64,000 nt of DNA from Octopus bimaculoides (lineage: Eukaryota), in assembly GCF_001194135.2 (NCBI RefSeq), contig NC_068981.1, positions 98,502,933 to 98,566,932 of the forward strand, written 5' to 3'. Numbering within the stretch: position 1 is the first letter of the stretch; the number at the start of each line of letters is the position of its first letter. The translations under genes were made by a program, and so were the position numbers. The notes beneath the pieces are model-generated. The model saw only the letters and a list, made by a program, of their open reading frames with translations. It was not told the DNA's origin and ran no database searches. This document shows positions 13,400-25,870 of the stretch, in pieces.

Positions 13400-14062
13400 G
13401 AGTAAATTTATTCAATAAAATCACCATTGGCTTCAACCACAGCCTCCAGACGACTTTGGAATCTCCCTCAACTCTTCTGGATGGTCTCTTTGTTTAAGTT
13501 GGTGAATGCTGCCATAATCCTTGCTTTCAGTTCATCTTTGATGTTACAAGGAGTTTTGTTGGTCTCTCACTCAACTGTGCCCTACACATAATAATTCGAG
13601 GGGGTTGCAGTCTGGGGACTTAGGTGGCCAGATGTTAGGGGTGGTGTGGTTGCAGAAATTGTCTGACAGCCATGACTGGGTTCTTCTGCTTGTGTGGCAT
13701 GGTGCAGAATCCTGTTGCCAGACATAGGGTCTTCTAGCAGTCTTCCTCTTGACCCAGTGCAGCACTCTCTCCTCCAGGCACTTGATGTAGGCCTCTGTGT
13801 TGAGTCTGAGGCCGTGTTGGAAGATAAATGGAGGCATAACGTCACCATCACTAGTGATCACTCCAAACACCATAATGGTGACTGGATGTTTGATTTTTAT
13901 CAATCTCAGTACATGTCCTCAGACTAACACCCAAACACTCTGGAATGTTTGTATTGGAGCTTCTGGCATGAATGCCAAGCAGTACAGCATGTCATTTTCA
14001 AATTTCTGGCAGTGTGTCATGGTACTGTTTTTCTCACAGATGGTGCCCAGCTGACCCTACTA
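13400..14062 (-). mobile_element. Internally deleted Tc1/mariner element, DD37D (maT-type) transposase remnant
   Basis: MVFGVITSDG...YVWQQDSAPCHTS...WPPKSPDCNPL(D); 37 residues between the second D and the third catalytic position; a 1-nt insertion frameshifts the NPLDYYVW motif. Confidence 0.85.
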
Positions 14063-14145
14063 TACTATGTAGTTGACAAAATCAAAAACAAACAATGCAC
14101 ATTGGTAAAATTAAAAACATAAAATGGCAACAATTTACCCATCAC

Positions 14146-14190
<45 letters not shown>

Positions 14191-14569
14191 GGCTTCTTTC
14201 AGTGTCTGACTACCAAATCCACTCACGGCTTTGGTTGGCCCAAGGCTATAACAGAAAACACTTGCCCAGGGTGCCATGCAGTGGGACTGAACTCGATTAA
14301 AAAGATTTGAAAATATCAATTTTAATCTTTTAATTTTCTAACAGGCCATATAGGCCCAGATATTCTTCTTCTTGTTTTATGTTCAAACTAACCAGATCTG
14401 GCCTCTCACACCTACCCTACAATGTCATTCTTAAAATAAAGAATCACTTCATTGAAATCTTGAAATTAAGAGATAAAGCATGATTAATTGAAAACAATGT
14501 GAATAAATGAGCATTACATTTGATAGAGTATTCTGAATGCTAAAGGGTTTTATGCTCATTCAGCTAAAG

Positions 14570-15389
14570 CAGGGTTTCTCAACCATTTTTTATCTATGGA
14601 CGCCTTTAATTACTGTTTTATTCTGATGGACTCCCATAGCCATTCGATGGTTAAAACTAGTTTTGTAGATACTTTTTCCAAAATTCCTATTTTTGTTTTT
14701 CACACATTATCTTATGTAGGCTGAATTATGTAAACTGTTAGAGAATGAAACCTAGCTGTTTCTTGCAATACATACTCATCTTTACTTTACTTTTACTTTT
14801 CTTTTACTTGTTTCAGTCATTTGACTGCAGCCATGCTGGAGCACAGCCTGTAGTTGAGCAAATCGACCCCAGGACTTATTCTTTGTAAGCCTAGTACTTA
14901 TTCTATCGGTCTCTTATTGCCGAACCGCTAAGTTACGGGGACGTGAACACACCAGCATCGGTTGTCAAGCGATGTTGGAGGGACAAGCACAGACACACAA
15001 ACACACACACACACACACACACACANNNNNNNNNNNNNNNNNNNNNNNNNNNNNNNNNNNNNNNNNNNNATACATATATACAAAGGGCTTCTTTCAGTTT
15101 CCGTCTACCAAATCCACTCACACGGCTTTGGTCAGCCTGAGGCTATAGTAGAAGACACTTGCCCAAGGTGCCATGCAGTGGGACTGAACCCGGAACCATG
15201 TGGTTGGTAAGCAAGCTACTTACCACACAGTCACTCCTGCGCCTATACATACATCTAAAGCAAAATTTTTCAGGGAGCCATTAAAAAAATATTGTGGATC
15301 CCCAATTTACTATTTTGTTGTGTGGACCTCCAAATCCCAATCTTATATGGACCCTCAGGGGCCATATGGACCCCAGCTGAGAACCACTG
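14570..15389. mobile_element. hAT-like MITE with a nested SINE B
   Basis: Termini CAGGGTTTCTCAAC...GCTGAGAACCACTG; 8-bp TSD agctaaag/agttaaag (7/8 match). Confidence 0.75.
14785..15245 (-). mobile_element. Near full-length SINE family B
   Basis: tRNA-like head (gtgtggtaag...ccgggttcagtccc), CORE-like body, TG linker, tail ending (taaaag)n. Confidence 0.85.
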
Positions 15390-17059
15390 AGTTAAAGTCT
15401 ACTGAAAATCTAATTGTTTTTTTTTCTGACATCAAGCATGGTTATGCGATTAAGAAACTTGCTTTGCAATCATGTGGTTTCAGGTTCAGTCCTATTGTGT
15501 GGCATCTAGAGCAAGTGTCTTCAACTATAGCTCTGGGCCAACTAATGCCTTGTGAACGAATTTGGTAGACAGAAATTGTGTGGAAGCCCATTGTAAATGT
15601 GTGTATGTGTGTCCACTTCCACCACTTGACAACCTGTGTTGGTGTGGTTATATCCTCATAACCCAGCAGTTCAGTAAAAGGACTTTAAAAAAAACTAAGT
15701 ACAAGTATCGATTTGTTTGACTAAACCTGTCGAGGTGGTACCCCAGCATGGTCTCAGTCCAAGGAGAAAGACAAAAAAATTAGTTTGCTTGCTGACTCAG
15801 TTGTAGCTGTTGTGTAGCTGAAAGATATCTTATCTGCAGGCTTTATTTAGCATAAAACTGCATGCAACAATATAATTCTGTGTGAATATAACTATTTGTG
15901 TCCAGATGACACATAAATGACTACACTTGCACAACAAAACTCAGTACAGCTTATTAATTCTAATGAACAATTTCCTCTACATCAATAAGACTGCATGTTA
16001 TGCTACTCAACAGAGCAGTTTTCCTTTTATAATAGAATAATTAACTTTGTCCATTGTTTAAATAATATATACAATACTAACTGTAAGAAACCTGATGCGT
16101 TTGTGAATAAAACTCATAGACTATTGGCTCATTTAATACTTTCAGAGGGAATTTTTATTGATAATGGCTTCAAATTTTGGCACAAGGCCAGCACTTTTCT
16201 GAGGAGCGTGGTCCGTTAATTGCATACTTCAACCACAATGCTCAACTGGTACTTATTTTATCAACTCTGAAAGACAAAGTCAACCTTAGCAGAATTTGAA
16301 CTCAGAACATAATGAGTCAGAAGAACTGACATTAAGAATTTTTCTATGACATTCTAATGATTCTGTCATCTTGGAATTGTTACTAATAATTATTTCTACT
16401 CTAGGCACAAGGCCTTGAAAATTTTTGTGGAAGGGGCTAGTCGATTATATTGACCCCAGTGCATAACTGGTACTTATTTCATCAACCCTGAAAGAATGAA
16501 AGGTAAATTCGACCTTGGCGGAATTTGAACACTAAGCATTTCGCCCAGCATGCTGACAATTCCACCAGCTCGCTGCCTTAAAGAATTGTTACTAATAATA
16601 TAATGTAGTACAGTACTCCTATAGACTGTAGCACTTGTTATTTGGTCCTAAATTAAATTTATGATCAAAAGCATTCCAGTTGTGGTTATTTATTTATTTC
16701 TAGAAACTATCTAAGACTAATTATCAAATGTGTCCTCCTCTTGTTAAGGTGATGGCATGTGATTTGTCTGTTAATTTTTTATAGGTCAAACACAGACTCT
16801 TCAATTTAATACATTGTATAGTGTATTGGTTTCAGATTTTGGCACAAGGCTGGCAATTTCATGGGAGAAAGTAATTCAATTACATCAACCCTGGTGCTCA
16901 ACTGGTACTCATTTTATTGACCCTGAAAGGATGAAAGACAAAGACAACCTTGGTAAAATTTGAACTCAGAACATAAAGATAGACTCAATGCTGCTCAGCA
17001 CTTTTCCCATTGTGCAAATGATTTTGCCAGGTCATTGCCTAGATACATTCTATTGTATA

Positions 17060-17922
17060 CTAGCAGAAATATCCAGCGTTACCTGGATTAAAGAAAATAA
17101 TGAAATTCCAAAATGCCTTTTAGATCTCTAACATGACACATGGATTATGCAGTTCTCAACAGTAATTAGCTGAGGTACAAACTATTAATGTCAATAACAT
17201 ATTTTGTCCAATGTTCTCACTGTCAAAATTGTTAAAAAAAAGCAGGTAGTTCTTTGTCTTTGCAATCACCTTCAATTGTCAGTACTTATTTGAAACACAT
17301 TGAACCTGAAAATGCATAAACTTGAGAAGAACCAGCCTGCAGGCACTCCTCTCCTGTTAAAAAGTACATCAACTCCATGCAAAATACATTTAAATGAGCA
17401 TTCATTATAACGGCATTCCCACATGCATTCTTTTCAAGTTATTTCGATGTTACACTCGCTTGCCCTAAGCCTTATTGCATGCAAATGGAGAAAACGTTCA
17501 CTGCGTATATATCGATCGCTGTACGCCAGCGTCTAACAGCTTTGGCTTTTTAATGCACAAAAAATTGAAATTATTTTTTTTCTGTGCCTCTGATTAAAAT
17601 TTTCAAAAAACAAACCCGGCCACGTTACTTGGAAAAAAATAATCTTTATTGTGCTGGTTTTTCGTAAAATTTCATGCATGGGAAAGGCAACAAAATCGCC
17701 CCTCCCCACTTTGAATGGGATATTCCTATCTTGAAAAGTAATAATTGATTATCTCGGTAACCATGGGAGTTGGAGGACAATAAAAATCTCCTGAACATGA
17801 GCAGACCACTCTGTGCTGCATTTCACGCGATTCCACTGCACCATTCTCGAGTGAATCTGCCGACACTCAATCAATCAATCAATCAATCAAGCAATCAAAA
17901 ACACTGCAATTTATAGTATAGA
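17060..17922 (-). mobile_element. Non-autonomous Helitron with intact ends
   Basis: Minus strand starts A|TCTATACTATAAA (17922) and ends CTAG|T (17060); subterminal hairpin atccag-cgttac-ctggat (17071-17088); internal (ATTG)n. Confidence 0.75.
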
Positions 17923-18949
17923 TTACTAATACAATAGTGACACTCAAAACTAAGCAGTGTGTAATATGCTGTGATGGTATTCTACACCAGCCAACAAATG
18001 CTACATCTGTCACGTGGTCATTTCATTCATTCATTTATTTTTATGTTTTATCATACTAGTGTTTTGATCTTAGATTATAATTCCATTCATATCTAGGAAG
18101 CTTTACAGAAATATTAAACCAATCCCAGTATCTGAGTGGTTGCATCATTTTATTTACCTTCTCTTTCTGTCTCTTCATGTGCCATGCCTATAAGCATCAG
18201 TGATTATTTATCTCCTTACCAAACTCTGAAGATTTAGGATTTTTCTTAGGAAATATACAGCAGTGGTTTCTCATTGCTTTTGCTGATTTGTTTACATTTT
18301 ATTTTACTAGTGTCCTGCTCTCCCAGCTTACCCTTGAAGCATAGGATCTATTTTAACTCTTAAGAAAGCTGGGAGATGGGGTGGAATGGTTCACATGACA
18401 TCAGTTATGTTAGATGTGTCCCATATGTCCACATCCTGGTGGACACATGTAGCATATGTCTATGGGCCAGTTCTTCCTTGAGACCTTTAAAATGAACTTA
18501 TTGTATACAGTGCTCAGGTGCACTACAACTCATCATAAAACGTAACCAAAACTGTATGAACAGTATATAGAATACACACAGGAAGTGAACAGTGAATAAG
18601 TCTACCAAAAAAAAAAGGGGGGGGTACATCAGATGTACATCTATCTTAGCCACAGGACCATCTGTGTGCCCTTGATAAGTACTACTTACTATCCTGGACC
18701 CGAGAGTTGCAATGACTAAGGAAAAACTCCCTACCCACCCAAAACTAACTCTTGAACTCCCAAGCTGGAACCTTACCACTGGATGCAGTTTACTGTCTTA
18801 CTCAGAAAATAAACCACCCTGCAAAGATGAAAGGCAAACTTGACATCAGCAGGACTTGAATTCAGAATGGTCTTCTATTATAGCCTTGGGCTAACCAATG
18901 TCTTGTGAGGGAATTTGGTAGAGAAAAACTGTGGAAGCCCATCCTCTGT

Positions 18950-19028
<79 letters not shown>

Positions 19029-19279
19029 TCTCCTACCATTTGACTACCATTTGACAACTGCTAAGTCATCTCCATGACTTAGCAGTTTAGCAACAGGATA
19101 AATTCCAGACTTAAAAAAGAAAAAAAACAAGTAATGGGATTGATTTGTTTGACTAAACCTTCAAGGCAATGCCCCAGTATGGCCACAGCCCAGTGACTGA
19201 AATAAGTAAAAGATTAAAAACAAAAAATAGCACTCTGATGATTTTGCCACTCTATGGCCTACATCAATGAGAAGTTTAC

Positions 19280-19393
19280 CTGTGAGGAAGTACGACACTT
19301 CATGAGACATAACTCGTAATGGTCCTTCAGAGATGAAAATAACTGACTGTATGTGTTAATTGGTTGCTTCAGGATCTTCTTTAGGATTTGTTG
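19280..19393 (-). CDS. SPRING1: SPRING1/C12orf49 coding exon 4 (QQILKKILKQPINTYSQLFSSLKDHYELCLMKCRTSSQ)
   Basis: Matches the human ...EDHFELCLAKCRTSSQ segment; tttcag acceptor and CAG|GTAAAC donor; 114 nt, phase 0/0. Confidence 0.93.
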
Positions 19394-19643
19394 CTGAAAC
19401 AAAGAACAAAGAAGACAGGTATAGAAGATGAAGCTAATTAAAAAAAACAAAAAACAACTGACTGGCATGCCCCAAACCAATCCAAGCTTTGTGAATGGAT
19501 TTGGTAGACTGAAACTGAAAGTAGCTCATTACATGTGTGTGTGTGTGTGTGTCTAGTAATTGTGCTTGTCCCCATCATACTTAGTTCGTTTTTGTTGCTG
19601 AAACAAAGACAAAAAAAGAAAACATCTATAGAAGCTGAAACTA

Positions 19644-19878
19644 AAGGCAGCGAGCTGGCAGAAACGTTAGCATTCTGGGCGAAATGCTTAGTGGTATTTT
19701 ATCTGTAATTACGTTCTGAGTTCAAATTCCGCTGAGGTCGACTTAGCCTTTCATCCTTTTGGGGTCGATAAATTAAGTACCAGTTGCCCTCTGGGGGGGT
19801 TGATGTAATCGACTTAATTCCTTTGTCTGTCCTTGTTTGTCCCCTCTATGTTTAGCCCCTTGTGGGCAGTAAAGAAAT
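19644..19878 (+). mobile_element. Full-length SINE family A with 15-bp TSD
   Basis: TSD agaagctgaaactaa on both sides; colinear with 59577-59807. Confidence 0.9.
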
Positions 19879-20419
19879 AAGAAGCTGAAACTAATTGAAA
19901 GAAACAACTGACAGGCGTGCCTCTGACTGATCCAAGCTTTGTGAGTGGATTTGGTAGAGAGAAACTGAAAGAAGTTAGTTACATATATGTATATGTGTGT
20001 GCATGTGTCTGATTTTTTCTTGACCCCACCACCACTTGGCTTGTTTATGTCCTCATAACTTAACAGTTCAGCAAAAAGAAATCAATAGAATAAGCGGCCC
20101 ATAGACTAAGCTTTATAAAAATATGTACTTGGGTCAATTTGTTCGACTAACTCCTTCAAAGTAGTACCCTAACATGGCTGCAGTCTTATGACTGAAAGAA
20201 GTGAAAGGTAAAATATTGATCATGTTCTCAGTGAATATTCAAGCAACTTGGCAAACTATTCCAGCAGCAACAAGGTATGACCCTTTATATTAACCCTTTT
20301 TTGATACCAACTCGCCTGAGACTGCCCCAGGATCTATGACAAAAACTTTATTATTTGGTCTAAATTATAATCTTCCCTCAAAATTTTATACTAATTTGTC
20401 CCAGACCTCAGCTTAATAA

Positions 20420-20940
20420 TCATCATCATTTGACATCTGCTTTCCATGCTGGCATGGGTTAGATGGTTGGACTGGAACTGGTAAGCTGGAGAGCTACACC
20501 AGGTTCCAGTCTGATTTGGCATGGCTTCTATGGCTGGATGCCCTTCCAAATGCCAACCACTCCAAGAGTATAATGGGTACTTCTTATATGCCACTGGCAT
20601 GGGTGCCCTTTGCAGGACACTGGCAACAGCCACAACAATGATTTCATAGGTGCCATTTACATGACACTGGCAATGGCCATGACTACGATTTCACTTGGCT
20701 CGACGAGTTTTATAAAGCACAGCAAATCGCTGATGGTCTCAATCACTTGTCATCACCTCCGTGAAGCCCAACATTCAAAGATCATGCTACCAGCAATGGC
20801 CATGATTATGATTTCACAGGTGCCATTTACATGATACCGACAACAGCATTGACATGATACCGACAACAGCATTGACATGATACCGACAACAGCCTTGATT
20901 ACGATTTCTCTTGGCTTGACAGGTCTTCCCAAGCACATCG
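20420..20940 (-). mobile_element. RTE LINE 3'UTR fragment containing a 23-bp tandem triplication
   Basis: catcatcatttgacatctgctttccatgctggcatgggtt is the reverse complement of the LINE end at 42190-42370; atgataccgacaacagcattgac x3 at 20831-20895. Confidence 0.75.
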
Positions 20941-21699
20941 TATCATCAAAATTCTCAGTCACTAAATTCTTCATTATTTTAAAATTTAATTGAAACAATG
21001 ACAGTACCTGTTGATAGAAATATGGTAACAAAATGGTTAAAGTTTAAGTTAGGTCTGTCATGAGCCCTAGGACTAATAAGGTTAAAGCTTCAGCCTGTTT
21101 CAATGGCATATAAGTGATTGACACTGCAACACTCTTCCACTAAATAGGACACCAGTCCATCACACCTTCACACCTTTGGCTGGGACTTGTTTACAGCTAA
21201 GTGGACTGAAGCAACATGACCCACCTACATTTGGAGAGTGACTTCTGCTGTTAACATAACGCTAAGGAATTTGAATGGGTTAATGGAACCTGTATAACTA
21301 GACATTTCTCAGACTGTTTTTCTTCTGAAGATGGGCCTTTGTGCTTGAAATATAAAAGTTTTGTGAAACTTTCTGCATTGTCTGAAGCTTTCCCACTTAC
21401 CTTTTTTTCCCTTCTTTGATAATACAATGCTTCTAGTGGACTACAATGCTCTTATGAAATAAAGTATTTTGCTCAATGCACACCTGGCCTGGGAATTGAA
21501 ACCATGATTTCATGATCAAAAGTGCAACGAACTAACCACTAGGTTATGTGCAGCTATGTGCATTCACCTAATGTTAAGTACAATGAATTAAATAGAATTG
21601 AGTGTGTATCTGTGTGAAGACTGAGCCTCCCAATCATTTATCAGAATTCAGCATGTTAAATAACCAGATATCAAGTTCCTAAAGATAAATGCTGATTGG

Positions 21700-21926
21700 T
21701 TTAGCTGAACTGACACACCACTCACAAACGCAGTACACATAAGCAGTACACACACACAAACACACACATGCATACATACATAGAAAGGGGATACAAAACA
21801 AAGTGGGTGTGGCAACGAGAAAGAAAGAAAGTGATAAAGTGTCTGTGTAAGAAAAGTGCATGGGAGAGTGATGGTGTGTGTGTAAGAAAGGTAAAGTTAA
21901 TATATAGAGGTGTAAGATAATGTGTG

Positions 21927-21963
<37 letters not shown>

Positions 21964-22320
21964 GTGATTGTGTCTGTGTTTGTGTAAAAGTGACAGTGTG
22001 TGCATAAGACTAGTAGTGTATATATTTAAGAATAACTGCATGTGCATATAAGTGTCATAATGTTTGTAGAAGCAATAGTGTATGTGTAAGAATGATTGTG
22101 TAAGAGTGTTAGTGTATGCATGTGTAAGAGTGATAATGTCTGCGTAAGAATAATAGAGTGTCTGTGTCTTCATGTATGCATGTGTGTGTGTGTGCATGTG
22201 CAAATATGTATGTAAGAGTGATAGAGTAAATGTGCAAGTGTGTATGAGAGAAAAATGCATATGTATATAGGTGTGCATGTAGGGGTTAAAAGAAGCAAAG
22301 AGAGAGAGAGAGAGAGAAAG
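21700..22320. repeat. Degenerate TG/AG-rich low-complexity tract
   Basis: Imperfect gtgtgtaag/(TG)n/(GA)n; accounts for most of the 316-aa ORF 21679-22629. Confidence 0.8.
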
Positions 22321-22356
22321 GGAGATGGATGAGTGCATCAAATTAAAATATTTTAC

Positions 22357-22508
22357 CTTGTCAGGATGCAAACAGCAGGAAACACAGTACTCATAGATGA
22401 CACAGCAGTGGTTCTCCTGGCAACTGTTACAGTTATAGCGACTGGTTTGCGGCACAGAGGCATCACAGCAGCCACCAGTCAAGATAGCTGACCGCTCGCA
22501 TACATAAC
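22357..22508 (-). CDS. SPRING1: SPRING1 coding exon 3, Cys-rich domain ((G)[50 protein letters not shown])
   Basis: Matches human GYVCERKDLLVNGCC...[17 protein letters not shown]; ttgccag acceptor and AAG|GTAAAA donor; 152 nt, phase 1/0. Confidence 0.96.
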
Positions 22509-23273
22509 CTGGCAAAACGGAATACATAACTTTGCTATCAAAACAGGTTAACAGAGGAAATTCATGGATTGGGAGGTGGAGCAGTGAATGTGGTAGTGTG
22601 TTGAAGTTGATGTAATTAACTAACACCACTCTTTTTAAAATTGCCAGCCTTGAGCCTAAATTTGAAACATTATTATTGTTACTCTTTTAACTCAGATTTT
22701 GTTGGAATTCCTGAAGTCTTTTTATTATCATTCTTGAGTGAGAGAGCAGTGCATGCCATCAGAGTGACACTGAGGTACAAATATATGAAGCCCAATATAC
22801 CCATCATGACTACACTAGGTATATGCATCCCAACCATATGTGCGCAACATGGTAAGCTCATATCAGGATAAACAGTGTATGACCTTGCTGGTGAGGCCCA
22901 GTTAGAATTTTCTTCAGGTCAAGTAGCCCATCCCACTCAAAATGTCCCTGAATAGGGTTTAAAATGCTCATGTTTTCAGAGGTGAATTATTCAAACCCCA
23001 AAGAATTCCTCTCGTCACATGGCTATGATGCTCCCCCACTAATCCTGCTCATGATCAGAGATGCACATATCATCAGTCACTAAGGGACATGTTCAATTGG
23101 ATAAGGTCAAGCAACTGACAAGCAAATCTGTGGTATTAAGCAGAATATTTGCTGTAGCCTATTTTTTATACCAGAACAAAACATATTCATAATAACAATT
23201 CCAATCATTTAGATCAGAAACCATGAGAGCCACTGCCTGGTGCTGTATCAGAGCATATTAATATTATTATTAC

Positions 23274-23313
<40 letters not shown>

Positions 23314-23314
23314 G

Positions 23315-24350
23315 AGGCAGTGAGCTGACAGAATCGTTAGCACATCAGGCAAAATGCTTAGCAGCATTTTGCCCGTCACTACATTCTGAGTTCAAATTCC
23401 ACCAAGGTCGACTTTGTCTTTTATCCTTTCAGGGTCGATAAATTAAGTACCAATGAAAAACTGAGGTTGATGTAATCAAATAACCCCTCCCCCAAAATTT
23501 CAGGCCTAGTGCCTTTAGTAGTCACCTTAACTGACCATGGATCAAATTGGGCAAGCAACATCAATTATAGAGCACATGTGATTTACTTTGTCCACCACCA
23601 ATAAGTCTGGTTTGTTATGCTCAAGCAACTGGTCTGTTTGAATCGAGAATTATTATTATCATCAGCATTATTATTATTACTACTACTACTACTACTACTA
23701 CTACTATTATTATTATTATTATTATTATTAAGAAGGCAGTGAGCTGGCAGAATTGTTAGCACACCAGGCAAAACGATTAGTGATATTTCTCCTGACTTTA
23801 CGTTCTGAGTTCAAATTCTGCCAAGGTCAACTTTGCCTTTCATCTTTTCATAGTCAATAAATTAAGTATCAGTGAAACACTGGGGTCGATGTAATCGACT
23901 AGACCCCCTCCCCACCAAATTTCAGGCCTTGTGCCTTTAGTAGAAAGGATTATTATTATTATTCGTTTTGAGTTCAAATTCTGTCGAGGTTGGCTTTGCC
24001 TTTCATCCTCTTGAAGTCGATAAAATAAGTACTAGTTGAATACTGGGGTTGATATAGCCGACTTATCTCCTCCTCCGAAATTGCTGGCCTTGTGCCAAAA
24101 TTTGAAACCATTATTATTATTAAAGAGGCCAGCTGGCAGAATCATTAACGTGCCGGACAAATTGCTTAGTGGCATTTCTTCCAGCGCTTTACATTCTGGG
24201 TTCAAATGCTGCCAAGGTCGACTTTGCCTTTCATTCTTTCGGGGTCAATAAAATAAGTACCAGCTGAGCATTGGGGTCAATGTAATTGATTAACCTCATC
24301 TCCCCCCAAATTACTGGCCTTGTGCCAAAATTTGAAACAACTATTATTAC
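23315..24350 (+). mobile_element. Head-to-tail array of about five SINE family A copies within (ATT)n/(ACT)n tracts
   Basis: Repeated ggcagtgagctggcagaatcgttag...gagttcaaatt...gccttgtgcc units, each followed by attattatt. Confidence 0.85.
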
Positions 24351-24705
24351 TGTTAGTGACTATTTTATCTTGCAGTGATCAACTATAAATGTAGTGGTGG
24401 TGGTGGTGGTGGTGGTGGTGGGTATGATGATGATGGTAGATTAAAAAGACAACATTTGATGTGGTAGGGCAGTTTATATTACACAACACATAGAGTCAAG
24501 GGGTGGACTGGTCATATTCAGACAAACCAATTCTTCTGGGTTATAATATATGTATGTACTATAAACATAGACATATGTAAATTAGGTCACAAACAGTTAA
24601 TAATTGGGAACACTCTCGGTTACAATCTTGACTACGCCCATGCTCTGTAATTTCCTACATCACCATATGCTGCCCTGTAGTAAATATGAGATTGTAAATA
24701 CCTAC

Positions 24706-24865
24706 CTCTGTCATCTGCTATTATTTGTATTCCTTGAATGGAATTCCGACATTTCAGCACCTTAGTTCCATTCTCATCGTCACCAATGTTTGGTTGCCAT
24801 TGAAATGGTTGACGAAGGAGCGTGTGTTTCACTTCATATTCGTCAGTCAGCCAACCTTTGTCCTC
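24706..24865 (-). CDS. SPRING1: SPRING1 coding exon 2 (EDKGWLTDEYEVKHTLLRQPFQWQPNIGDDENGTKVLKCRNSIQGIQIIADDR(G))
   Basis: CRNSIQG and ADDRG match human CRNSIQGKHLITDELG; gatttcag acceptor and G|GTAGGT donor; 160 nt, phase 0/1. Confidence 0.95.
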
Positions 24866-25259
24866 CTGAAATCAATTAACAATGTCAATTATAGAAACTA
24901 ATAATGTATTAAATTATATATTGTTGTATTTCAGGATGGTCATTTTTTTTTNNNNNNNNNNNNNNNNNNNNNNNNNNNNNNATAAACACAAGCATCAATT
25001 ATATATTTGTTCTTCACTCGTTTATTACTGTTCTTATTTTAACTTATGTCCATTGTCTTGGAATCTTTCATCACACATCTGTGGCCTCTTCAGCAACCCT
25101 TTCTGTCTTTGTGTGTGCTCCTGCTCCACTTAGCCCAATCTGTTCTTCTATGGTGTGTATCCTTATATGCGCATGCATTTGTGTCTGTATTTATGTGCAT
25201 GTGTGTGTGTGTGTGCACATGCATGTGCATACACGTGTCTAAATTATATATATATATTA

Positions 25260-25870
25260 TATCATACATAAATATAAATTATATATATTCTTTTATTCTT
25301 TTACTTGTTTTGGTTATTTGACATGCTGGAATATTGACTTAAAGGGTTTTTTTAGTCAAAGAAATTGACCTCAGGACTTATTCTTTGTAAGCCTAGTACT
25401 TATTCCATCGGTCTCTTTGTCAAACCGCTAAGCTACAGGGACATAAACACACCAACATTGGTTGTCAAGCAATTGACACAAACATTGACACAAAAACACA
25501 CACACATAACTATATACATATATATGACCGGACTTCTTTCAGTTTCTGTCTACCAAATCCACTCAAAAGGCCTTGGTCAGCCTGAAGCCTTAGTTGAAGA
25601 CACTTGCCTAAGGTACCACACAATGGGACTGAACCTGGAACCATGCGTTGGGAAGCAAGCTTCTTACCACACAGCCAGTCCATGACAGATATATGTATAT
25701 ATATATATATATATATAAATATACATACACATGACAGGCTTCTTTCAGTTTCTATCAGCCAAATTCACTCACAGGGCTTTGGTGAACCCAAGGTTATAGT
25801 GGAAGACACCTACCACACTAAACCCAGAACCATGTGGTTGAGAAGCAAACTTCTTACCACACAACCACGC
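25260..25870 (-). mobile_element. SINE family B plus a second partial head
   Basis: Colinear with 14785-15245; the CORE-like head is duplicated at ~25730-25870. Confidence 0.8.

Noticed and set aside
21679-22629. 316-aa ORF, the longest gap-free ORF in the window
   Set aside because: Only 22357-22508 is a real SPRING1 exon; the rest is read-through into low-complexity intron.
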